From Monocercomonoides exilis PA203 (Eukaryota; Protista; Preaxostyla): DNA of 64,000 nucleotides. Positions 8,446 to 19,569 of this stretch are shown here, piece by piece. Numbering within the stretch: the stretch's first letter is position 1; the number at the start of each line of letters is the position of its first letter. A program made the translations under genes and the position numbers. The notes beneath the pieces were generated by a model, which worked only from the letters and a program-made list of their open reading frames with translations, had not been told where the DNA came from and did not search any database. The DNA is taken from contig LSRY02000012.1 in NCBI GenBank assembly GCA_001643675.2, forward strand, positions 1-64,000, read 5' to 3'.

Positions 8446-11400
8446 AAGTTGAGTCTATGAGTTTTTCGAAAAAGATGGATTTCCTGGTCTGGGCACCCGG
8501 GGTCTTTAACCATATTTGAGGTTTTTTCAATGAAAGTGACTGAACAAAACCCAGTGCACAGCCCACCCAGCCAGCCCGGCCCACAGCCCACAAACCAGAC
8601 CCCGCCCACTGCACAGCCCTGGTCCCCCGCTACACCGTCACTTTTGTTTCTGGAGCTCTCCCTCCAACACCTGAGGAGATATGTTCGTTGAAAGAGAGGG
8701 GGTACCTCAATGACTGGCCCAGTCATTTTTCACTCACTTTTTCTCACACCACCGCCCAGCCAGCCAGCCCAGCCACACTCCCACCACCCAGCCTTGTAGC
8801 CACTGCCCACACGCCCACTCTGCCCACATCAGCCAAGCTGTAAGTTATGACCGATAAAAAGATACACCCCAATGAAGATGATTTTCCAGTATGTTTCTCC
8901 AGTGAAAAAAGTGAGTGTCTGCCCCACCCAGCCAGAAGGATACGCAGGCGCCCAGCACAACCCTGCCCAGCGTACAGCCACAGTCTGTGCGCACACTGTC
9001 ACTTTTGTTTCTGGAGCTCTGGCTCCAACACCTGAGTTTCTATAACCACCGGAACATACCACCCTCAGTCACTTTTTCTGACAGGACAAATACAGTATAT
9101 GTGGAACAGAGCCAGGCCAAGCCACAGGGCCTGCCCAGCCATAGGCCCAGTGAATAGCCCGCCTCACTCGCTCCTTGCCCTGTGGCCTTTGCCAGCCCTG
9201 CCCATCAGCCCTTCAGGAGATATCCTCCACTCAACTCCTTTTTCAGTCAAACTCAAATTGAGTCTGTGAGTTTTTCGAAAAAGATGGCACTTCGAGGTCG
9301 GGCAGTCAAGATCACATAGAAAAATTATCATAGAAAAAATTCAATTTTCATAGAAAAATTATATTGGTGACATGGTTACTTGGCAACCACTGGACAGATA
9401 TCTTAGCAATTACACCACATCCTACCCCCACTAACACTCCCCAACATATCCTTCTAACTCCGGTCACTTGCCCTCCCTTCACTCTCCACAGCTCTCCCAA
9501 GTCAATACCCCCAAGTCAATTTTCTATGTGAAAAATCAGAACCGAACTCAAAACAACTAGTCACTGGAATTTCTCAGCAACCACTGGGCCTATCGAAACG
9601 CCGTTTGGCCACATCCGGGCATGGGTTACTGTGCCGGTCATATGTGTTTCGATTCAGCCACTTGCCCCTGGTTCACCCTCTGTGACTTCACCAACCAGCC
9701 ACCCCCAGTTAAAGTCAAAAATTTTATTTCTTTTCTGGACAGCCTGCCAGACCCCCGCCACCAACACCCATATGCATGCTATTACCGCACTATATGCACA
9801 TATATCATATATTAATATCAAATTTATATGGCCATAACTTCGGGAGTTATACTCGATATACCTCAAAAATGACCATTTTCACTCAAAAATTCGATTATAA
9901 CTCAGAAACAACAGATAAGTGTATCCAACCAAAAATCACCAATATACAACATTACAATGCATATTCATCCATAAAATCATATTTTATATCCACTTTGAAA
10001 TTTTCGAGAAAAAAAATATTTTTCGATTTTTCAGTCAAAATCATCAACTTGTCCGCACTGCCCTGCCACAACCGCTCGGTGGAAAAAATTTAGATTCGAG
10101 TATGTTTATAAGGGGCCCACGTCCTTGCCACCTGCCAATTATCAAAGGAATCTGAGACCCCATATTTTTCGGTCGTTGATCTATGATCACCACTTTTTCA
10201 GTCAAAATCTTCATATGACATTTTCTCACTAACCAGACCAATCTGGCCCGAGAAAAAAATTCAGCTGACTATTCGCGAATTATCCGAACTTTTTGTGTTT
10301 TCATAAGTTTCGATCACAACTTTCATAAAAACCGATTTTCACCAATTTTTCATTTTTTCTGACTAACTTGAGCTAAATTCAACTTAATCAGAAAAAATCA
10401 AAATTTCACATTTTTCGAATTTTTGACCTTGACTTCAAAAATTCACAAATGGTCCAACTAACACTTCTGTAAAGTTTCACGTCTTAGAAAAATTTATTTA
10501 TCGAGATATTAAAATTTCTTTTTCCAAAATTTTGACTGAAAAAATTTTTATTAACATATCATTCCACAATTTGAATCGATTAATTTCTGTTTTTAATTTC
10601 AATCAATTCCTCTAATAACATTACACATATACGTAACTTTTCATCAATCACTAATTCCTACTTCTTATGAAAAAAATATTTTTTTGAAAAAATGTTTGAT
10701 CTAGATCAAAACCATTTTTCTATGTTAAAAATTCGACTTCTCCAAAACAGTTTGTTACCAATCTCACTATACACCATTACATTCCCCACCCCTCATAACC
10801 TATACAAAATATTATTTTCAAATTTATCTATCCATGGAATAAAAAGAAAAATATTAATTAGAATAAAAAATTATGGAAAAAAATTATAAAAAAATGAAAT
10901 GATGCACAACTTTAAAAATAAAAATAGTGGAGAGATTTTATATGATTACTATTTATTTGATAATAAAATTGAGATGGAATGAAAGTTACAAAAAAAATAA
11001 AAAAATAATTTTTGTTCGAAAAATGAATGAAAAAATGAAAATATTTTTTTATCTCCAATATTGTTGTACAGACTAACATCAAAAAATTATATAATATACT
11101 ATATCATATTAACATTATATATGAATTTTTATGATAAAAGATCAAACTTTTTTGTTGAGATAAAAAAATATTTTAAAAAATGAAAAAATTAAAAAAAAAT
11201 ATAACTTCTCAAATAATGATGAAAGTCGGATAGAAAAAATATATTATATAATAGATATAATAAAGATGATAATAATATATAAGAACATTGATGTTGATGG
11301 TTGGTTCTGAGCAAACAAAAAAGTGTCTTATTTTTGTTAATATTTCAGAATGTTATTTTTTCATTATTATTCAACCACAACTTACAATATTCTAACAATA

Positions 11401-12169
11401 ATTACATCTAATTATACATTATCATATTACACATCTTTCTACCAATTTTCATCAAAAATAAAAAAACAAAAAATTTTATAAAAAAATTACAAAGTTTGAA
11501 AAAATAAAAATTAATCATTACTTAAGGAATACATATCAGATTTTTATAAAAATTATATCAAAAGATTAGAAAAGAAGAGTAGTTAAAAGGAAATTTTATA
11601 AGTGAAAATTTTATTTTTTTTAAAAAAAAATAAAACAAAAATATTGATTTTCTTCATTGAAAATAACTCCTTTTTTTATCTATTTTTCAAAAATTTTCTC
11701 GCTAACCGCGAGGTCAGGGAAACATCGCTCGCGCTACTGCTCCGGTAGCGCTCGCTGGATGAAATCTGCGCACATCATTCCTGCGCGCAGATATTCATCC
11801 ATCTCGCGAAAATTATAGAGAAAGAGTTAAAAGTTAATAAAAAAAAGAAAGTTGTTTAATTAAGGATTTCAGGGGGGAAGGGCAAAAATTTTCAATGAAA
11901 ATTTGAAAACCCTCAAAATTGTATGTCATAAGAGGAACAATTTGGTGATGTTATTTTTGAAAAAAATAATGGCCTTTTCTGATGAGAAAGAGTCCCACCC
12001 AATGGCCGACGCGCCACACGGCAAAAGTTCGGTCGCTTTCGCTCCCCGCCCTTTTGCCGCGTTTGTCGCGCGGCCCCCACCCCTGAGGCTGTTTCTTCCT
12101 TATTCCTTTATTTTTTTCCCCTTTTTTTCATTTTTTATAAGTCAGAAACTTTTTTTGAAATAATCAATT

Positions 12170-12700
12170 TTTGAGTCAAAAATCCAATTGACTTGGGTTA
12201 AAATTTTGACTCAAAAAAACCTTCAAAGTTTTTCATTGAATATTAACCAAATAGGAAGATCCATTTAATTAACATCATTTCAATGAACTCTTCGAAGGAG
12301 TTTCTTTCATCTCCAAATGGAGGAATAGAAACTATTTTTTTTGAAGACAAAAAATTGACTTTTTTTGGGTTCAAAAAATACTTCAAAGTTTTCAATGAAT
12401 ATTAACCAAAATTGAGGATTTATTTGATAAGTATCATCACATTGAAACCATTGAAGAAGTCCCTTTCCACTCTTTTATTGGAGTCAGAAACATTTTTAAC
12501 TTTAGGTCAATTTTGACCCAATTTTTCATTTCACTTGGGTCTTTTTTTTTTGACTCTAATAACTTCAAAGAAATGATGAATATTAACCAATAAGATTAAT
12601 ATCATCATCTTTTTGAAAATGTTTCTTTCAACTCCTTTAAAGGAAGAATAGAAACTTTATTTTGAAATCTTCAAATTTTTGACTCAAAAAAAGTTTCATC
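12170..12700. repeat. Three degenerate 160-180-bp tandem subrepeats
   Basis: Anchor cttcaaag...tgaatattaaccaa at 12221, 12381 and 12563. Confidence 0.75.
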
Positions 12701-12974
12701 CTTTATGACTTTTTCCCACATTGGATTCCCTCAAATTCCCATTTATTTTTTCCTTTCCCAAAAAAAAAGAACAGTTATTTTGGGGGGTAGTACTTCATCC
12801 ATGGTATTATTAAGGCTTTCCAACCAAAGTCCAATTTCAATGTTTTTATATTCAATCATTCATACGTTTTCAAGTTGAAAAGAGAATATCTATGAATTTT
12901 AAAACATTTACTTGTGGGGAGGGTTGATAGACGGACTTTTTTTTCTTCAATGACTTAATCAAAAAAAAATGGTT

Positions 12975-13818
12975 TTTAATTGGACAATATTCAGAGTTAA
13001 GCCTCAGTAAATCGTGCAAACAAAACACTCTGAGACGCACAGCCCTCTGATAACAAGGATTCGTCTAATCCGTCCTTCTCAGGCATGACCCCTTTACCAA
13101 TATTCTCATTTATCTTTACAATAGCCAGGCATATGGTCCAGCAGATGAAACGATTAATTCCAAACTAATGAAATCCGTTTAAATACATCTACCAAATGTT
13201 TTTATTGGACCAACCGTTCCGGCCAAATCTTTCAAAGGCGGTACAACCAATCCTTCAAGATCCTCGACTTGGAAATAAAATATCTCAATTTCCTTATAAA
13301 TTTACTCCCTTGCAAAGCAGTATAATATAGAATCTCAGTCTATATACCAACTTCGATCCACAAGGCATTTAAAGGAGATACAAGACCCATCACAATATAT
13401 TCTAGTCATATATGTTATTCTACAGCTCACCTGGAAGATACGACCCCATTTACACACATCCCATTACAGGATCTTCCCTTATCCAATCGTCGCCGACCGT
13501 AGATAGGAGGGTTGTCAAATATCCTCGATGGCCATGGTCTTAATTTCCATATCTCTATTTTTATCAAAAATCAATTCTTTCCTTTGCAGGAAACATGCCC
13601 AGGAGATTATCAATATAATCCTTCAATTGTCTTAATTATAAAAATTCTGGAATAGATTCTGACTTAGAGGCGTTCAGTCATAATCTAACGTATGGTAGCT
13701 TCGCGGCACTAGTTTCTCAACTAACCGCAAATGCCAATTATACGATTCTAGGGTTCCTCTCGTACTTACTAGAATTACCATCTTGACAATATTATACTTA
13801 ATCAGTAGGGTAAAACTA

Positions 13819-13856
<38 letters not shown>

Positions 13857-13980
13857 TGTTAGTGGGTGAACAATCCAACACTTGGCGAATTCTGCTTCGC
13901 AATGATAGGAAGAGCCGACATCGAAGAATCAAAAAGCAACGTCGCTATGAACGCTTGGCTGCCACAAGCCAGTTATCCCT
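12975..13980 (-). rRNA. 28S (LSU) rRNA 3'-terminal fragment, 5'-truncated
   Basis: Reverse complement reads GGGATAACTGGCTTGTGGCAGCCAAGCGTTCATAGCGACGTTGC...TCGATGTCGGCTCTTCC...GAGCTGGGTTTAGACCGTCGCGAGACAGGTTAG. Sarcin-ricin loop AGTACGAGAGGAAC at 13753-13766, GCCTCTAAGTCAGAATC at 13655-13671, terminal ACGATTTACTGAGG near 13000-13015. The 3' end is approximate. Confidence 0.95.
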
Positions 13981-14520
13981 ATCACTCACAAGTTGCAAAG
14001 TGGATTACTGCTGTGTAATTTCTTGAGAGGCATCTGACTAATCTTTCATTATTTATGGTTTGGAAAAAAATTTTTTGAAAGGCAAGAACATATAGATATG
14101 TTATATTGTTATCAGACCAGGTTATGGTGAGGAAAGAAACAAGTGTTTTCTGTTTTGACTGATAATTTTCTTATATTTTATCCAAAAATTCTTATCTCCA
14201 CGAAAAGCCAAGGGAATAACCTGATTATATGACTGATAACAGTATTCTTCATAACTTATTTAACATATATATTTTAATATGAAACGAAAGTTCTGATCAA
14301 AATTTCAAAAAAATCATTTCATAGATATAATTCCAACAGGTCAAAACAACGCTTCGCTAATTTCTTTTCACATTCTTAATTAAAATTGTCAAAAATTGGC
14401 GCATATTTTAATGATATTATTCTCTTCAACATATTATAAATAGTCTAAAAGTCATACAAGGTCATCTTCTATATTTTTGTGAAAAGTAATATTTGTTAAA
14501 AATGAAATGTTTTTGTAAAG

Positions 14521-14581
14521 TCCTTTTCTTTTCTTTTTCTTTTTTCTTTTTCTTTTTTTATTTTTTTTTCTTTTTTCTTTT

Positions 14582-14613
<32 letters not shown>
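14521..14613 (+). repeat. Poly-T / T-rich low-complexity tract
   Basis: About 90 bp of nearly pure T with sparse C. Confidence 0.9.
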
Positions 14614-14614
<1 letters not shown>

Positions 14615-15977
14615 ATTAAAATATGATCATGATACATACTAGATTACATAATTTTGTGAAAACAACAGCATCGCTTAAGAGATGATAATGTTTTGCTAAT
14701 TTGTTGATTATTTGAGTAGTCAACTGCATTATATATGCAATGACATTGCGTTTAACCGGTTTGAGTTCTTTTATTTATGACTTTTCCATAATATTCATTA
14801 TTAGCCAATTTTGTTTGAGAATAGACATTTTTGTTCCTCTTCGAACGTCAATCTGGAATATCTGGGTCATGTATCATAAATGATTAACAACAAAAAGCTT
14901 TAACTTTTTGTTATAACTGCGTGAAAATACTTCTAATCTGGAGTGTTTGAGTGATGCAAAAATTTTACCGTTGGACAATGAAAATGCGTATTTTTATAAT
15001 ACAATGATTGTTTATTTTTATGTGAATTTCTGGAGGTCGAACTTTACCTATTCTGAAAAATATTGTATTTTTATAATTTTTAACAAATAATGACACGCAG
15101 ACCAATTACAACCAAAATTCTTCAGAAATTTCATGAATATTATTGATTAAGGCAACTCAACAGTGCTTTTTAAGTTAACAAAAGAGGAAAATAATTTCAA
15201 CTATTTGTATCGGCTTATGATTTAATTTTTGATCAACTAGGAAAAGAAATTTGAAGCTGATATTAGTCTATTTCCGAGCACCTTCCCGTCATATCGAGTT
15301 TCCTGCAATTAGCTCTATGTGGAACAAACCTTCTTCCTTGATTTGAAACTTATCATTATCAAATCATCTTTCAAGAAAATCTTCAAAATATCATTGCAAG
15401 AAGCATACACACAGCTGAATAATGTGCGATCGAAGAACCTAAAATAAGAGGAGGTTTTATTAAATGTCTCGACATTTCTTCAAACATTTCTTCAACAACA
15501 TTTGTGTATACCTATCCTTGCTATCATTTATATTCATTTTCGCTTTTCAGAAATTATCTTTACAACATCGATTTATAAGCAGCCTGAGATGAACAACCTT
15601 TTACAATCTGCTCAAACAAAATTTGAACTGAAATGGAAATGCGACGCTCAAGAAAAAAATGAAGGAAAACGAAAAACTACTCAAAAGACCAGAGGAGAAA
15701 CACCCAAAATGATGAACGGGCAAGTGAATATTGATTTTTTAATGAAACTACTGAGCGTACAACTCAATTGAAGAAACAGTTTAAAGAATAAAGGAAATAA
15801 ATTGAAAGCTATGGAAAATTTTTTTGTTTTGTTCTGTTTCTTTCATTTCATCAAAATGAAACGGGATAAAAAACATCATTTTGAAAAGATTTTCAAATGA
15901 CTGTTTGTTTTCTATTTAATGAAATGATGAAAAAAAGAAAACTAGAATTTTTGTGCTATAAAATTCAAAGCAATATC

Positions 15978-17405
15978 TCAAGTAATCACAAAAAAATTAG
16001 AAATATTCAATGATGATTGGTCATTATATTTTTTGTTGAGAAAAGAAATTACTCCACAAAGGCATACAGTGATATCTTCGTATACTCCCTCTTCAAGCTT
16101 TTCAAACACTTTCCTTTTCAACTCTTTTCTTTTCGCTTCTTCCATTTTATCATCCTTTTTTCTTTTCAATCGACTTGAAATATGATCAAAAAATGTCAAG
16201 CTTTGGAATGCCATTACGTCAATCAACGTCGGTCTCTGTATCTCCTCAAAAATAGTATCAATGACCCTTCCTTTCAGCATGCCATCAATTTCTACTGCTC
16301 TGTTTCCCGCCACTGTTACAAACATATAAAGACATTCTATGCAAATTTCTCTGTAATTGTCCCTGGCTGCTCGAAATAACTGAACAATGCTGCTCATAAG
16401 TCCTACCAATTCCTCGTTCCACAAAGTGCACCATTCAAAGTAATTACGAAAAACAATGAGCCATCTCCTGATTATAATCACTTCTTTCACTTCCATTCTT
16501 CCATTTTCTTCTTTTCTCTTCCAGTTGACACATTTTGACAGCTCTTCTAATTCTCTTGAAGCTTCTCTCGCAAAACATAGATCGTTCACAATCATCCCTT
16601 CCAAACTATTTTGACTCCAAAGTCGGAAAATAAAAAAACGCCAAGCAGACTGATAGGCAAGTCTTGTCAAATTAAGATGCTCCTGATGATATTTGATTAT
16701 TTCTGTTATCTTATTCAAATACAGTTCTTGTCCAACATGCTATAAATATAAATGATAGAAAACAATACAATGACATCAAAAGTGTAGCATTAACGCTCAT
16801 ACATTAAATGCACTCATGCAGCACAAAGCCAATAACGCTATTTCCACGTCTTTCTGAGTAACCTCGCTTTTTTCTTTCTTCAACGCAGCTTTCAGAAGGC
16901 AAGGAAAACAAATTTCTTTCGTTTCTTTCATCAAATTTCCGAGATGACAATAAAGCAAAAGATAGCATTCGATAAGATCAACAAAAAGATTTTCATCCTT
17001 TTCTTCTTTCTTCTTTTCTTCGGTAATTATCATCTTTTTAAATCTTTCGTTCAACAAAGTAAACTCAAAGTCAAGAATACATATATGTCTCAGAATACAC
17101 AAATATCCCACGTGCTTCAACAACAAAATCGCATTTTCCATTGAAAGTTTCTCTTTTTCAATCATTTTATCTATTTCGTTGAACAGGTCCGCCACAAACA
17201 CAGATTTGAATTCTTTATAATTCATTCCATCAACTATGTCATTCATTTCTCCAATTTTCTTTCTTTGTTCATCTTCAATACAATGCTCCAGTTCAGAAAA
17301 TAATTCTTTGATGAATAAATAAATAAATAAATACAATAAATAAAAATTCATATACATCAATGGATGCAAGCCTGTGAACTTTTTTGTATTGTCCGTCACC
17401 TGCAT
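15978..17405 (-). CDS. Uncharacterised helical protein of a lineage-specific multicopy family (3 exons)
   Basis: MQVTDNTKKFT|ELFSELEHC...ALLALCCMSAFN|HVGQELYLNKITEIIKYHQEHLNLTRLAYQSAW... Introns 17306-17371 (GC-AG) and 16740-16802 (GT-AG) keep the frame. The motifs resemble an expanded Monocercomonoides family (from recall). Confidence 0.7.
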
Positions 17406-18993
17406 CTTCGCAAACACATTGCATTCAGAAAACAACAATATTTTAATTTTTACATTGAATTTGCATTTGTTTGGATAAAAGAAAATAGATGGTAAAAACA
17501 TGAAACAATCAAATAAAATATGTGTGCCCAAACCGTTCCATCTAATGTTGGCATTTTCGATTTTTAATTCCAAAGATAATGAACTCTTTGCCACTTTCTC
17601 TTTTTTGTAATGGATTTAATGATCATCCGATTTGAAAGAACGAAATTATCTATTCACAGAATGAGAAATCCGCGAGTGAACATTACGTGTAGAACTAGAA
17701 ATATTATTTACTGAGGAGGCAATAGACAATGGTGGAGATGCATCTATTATGAAATACATTCTGATAATTATTGGAGATTGGATGAACAAGGGAAAATGCA
17801 ACAATTTCATCAATTACACAAAAAGACATAATGAATGTAATTTTATATTGTTCTATTAATTGTGAAGATATTTCTATTCGTATCCTCTCCAAAGTGCAGG
17901 AATGTGAGTTATTGTTGAAATGGCCAATCCCCGCTTTGTGGAGCAATGCGATGAGAACGGAGCTGATTATTATATAGCCATTGGGAAACAAATGAAGTTA
18001 CGGAAGATATACGATTTTTATTTGGTGCAGGAGGTGAAAACAAATTCAGCTGATGTTTTGTTGAATGAAGATTTATGGATGGAATTCTGTGAAGAACAAA
18101 ATCTGCACAAAACTATGTAGAATTTTGGAATGTTAGGTAGGGGGAGCAGTTTGGGGTATTTTTTTGGAAAGGAAAGTGGCTGGCAATATCGAGGGAAGGA
18201 TATTTATCACAAATAAAACTAAGAAAGCCATGCAAGCAATGAGATTGGAGCTCGAAACAAGTATTGAGCGGACCATCTTCTGTTTCTGCAATCAAAAACT
18301 CGTGCCCACGAATTGTGGAATTTTAATAAGTGAAGCAAAGATATTTTTTAACACATTATTGACTTGTACTTGACGGAGACTTGTAATTCATGTTTCCATC
18401 CAGGTTCTTGAGCAAAATGCAAAGCAAACGACAATAGACTCGATCATTTTTTCACATCCATTTTCAAGGCATTTCTCATCTAAGCAGATCGAAAATTTTC
18501 TGTTTCGTTTTGACTGTTTCTGATTCGTAATTAAGCTTTGGCAGTTAGAAGTGGCAATGTTCTTCTGTGCTTTTGTCATTGTCATTATCTAATAAGTTCT
18601 GTCACTCCACTTCATATGCATGATTGTTTTGTTAATAATAACATTTATCCTGCCATGTTTGTAGAATATTTGAAGCAGAGAGCTGACATTGAATATTGGT
18701 TGCTCTTTGATGCCTTCAAAGATAACCTCTTTAATCCTTTATCATCTACCAAAGAAATCTCATCATTTCAATCTCACTTTTTCATGTTCTTCAACATGCC
18801 ATTCAGCTCTCAGCTCCACAATAATTCTTGAACTTTATTCATTCACATTGAACGCCTTATCTCTCGAAATTGTGATCTCTTTTAACAATTTCTTGTTCTC
18901 ATTCAAGAAATGTTACTCGTTCACATAACTTAGCAAAGAATCGTTTTTTAAATATGAAAAGCTTCTTTTAATGCTTTTACTTCGCTTTTCTCC

Positions 18994-19051
18994 TCCTTCT
19001 CTTCCTTCTCTTCCTTCTCTTCCTTCTCTTCCTTCTCTTCCTTCTCTTCCT
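18994..19051 (+). repeat. 9-bp minisatellite (TTCCTTCTC)n
   Basis: About six tandem copies visible. Confidence 0.85.
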
Positions 19052-19569
19052 TTTTCCTCCTCGTTTAGTTCTCACAAGCACTTATCAACAACTGAATGCT
19101 ATTGCATCAAAAGTGTTTGAAGACATAACACAGACCACTGCTGAAGAGTATGAGAAGCATGTAGAAAGAGAAGAGAAGGAGAGAAAGAATGATGAGGAAA
19201 AGGAAAAAACAGTTTCTTTCTTTTCTTCTTCTTCTTTTCTTTTGTTTTTTCTCATCAAAAATTATCATCTCATTTTTTGAAGACAATTTATCAAATAAAT
19301 TGATTAACTAGTTTTATCAAATAAAAATTTATAAAATGTGCAGAAGTGTTCTCAATTAATTGTTATGTGAAGCCAATAATTTTTTTGCTGTGAAGAAACT
19401 CCTTGCAATAGAAAAGAAAATTGAAATTTCTTTTTTAAAATTTGAGAAAAATGTTGGACAAAATGAATACTTCATTGAAAATTCGATGAACATTAAAAAA
19501 TTTGAATTACTATTCTTGATGAAATTAGTTTGATAAGTGAAATGAATTCCGAGAATTTTATAAGATGGA

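Larger units (their letters stand above)
7740..12960. other. rDNA 3' external/intergenic-spacer-like non-coding region with subrepeats
   Basis: Lies directly downstream of the 28S 3' end on the minus strand. No credible ORF. Several subrepeat families (8200-8445; 8449/9258; 8637/8998; 12170-12700) and GC-rich hairpins. Confidence 0.6.

Noticed and set aside
7932-12163. Short ORFs in the spacer region
   Set aside because: All are ~105 aa or less, overlap on both strands, carry no motifs and are explained by repeats and composition.
14000-15900. Possible gene fragments between the 28S remnant and the family gene
   Set aside because: No recognisable motif or coherent exon chain. The 14452-14637 Lys-rich ORF is just the poly-T tract.
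17920-18373. Possible viral D5-like helicase C-terminal fragment (LWMEFCEEQNL...FG)
   Set aside because: Too short and interrupted, with no Walker motifs; the resemblance is not supportable without a profile search.
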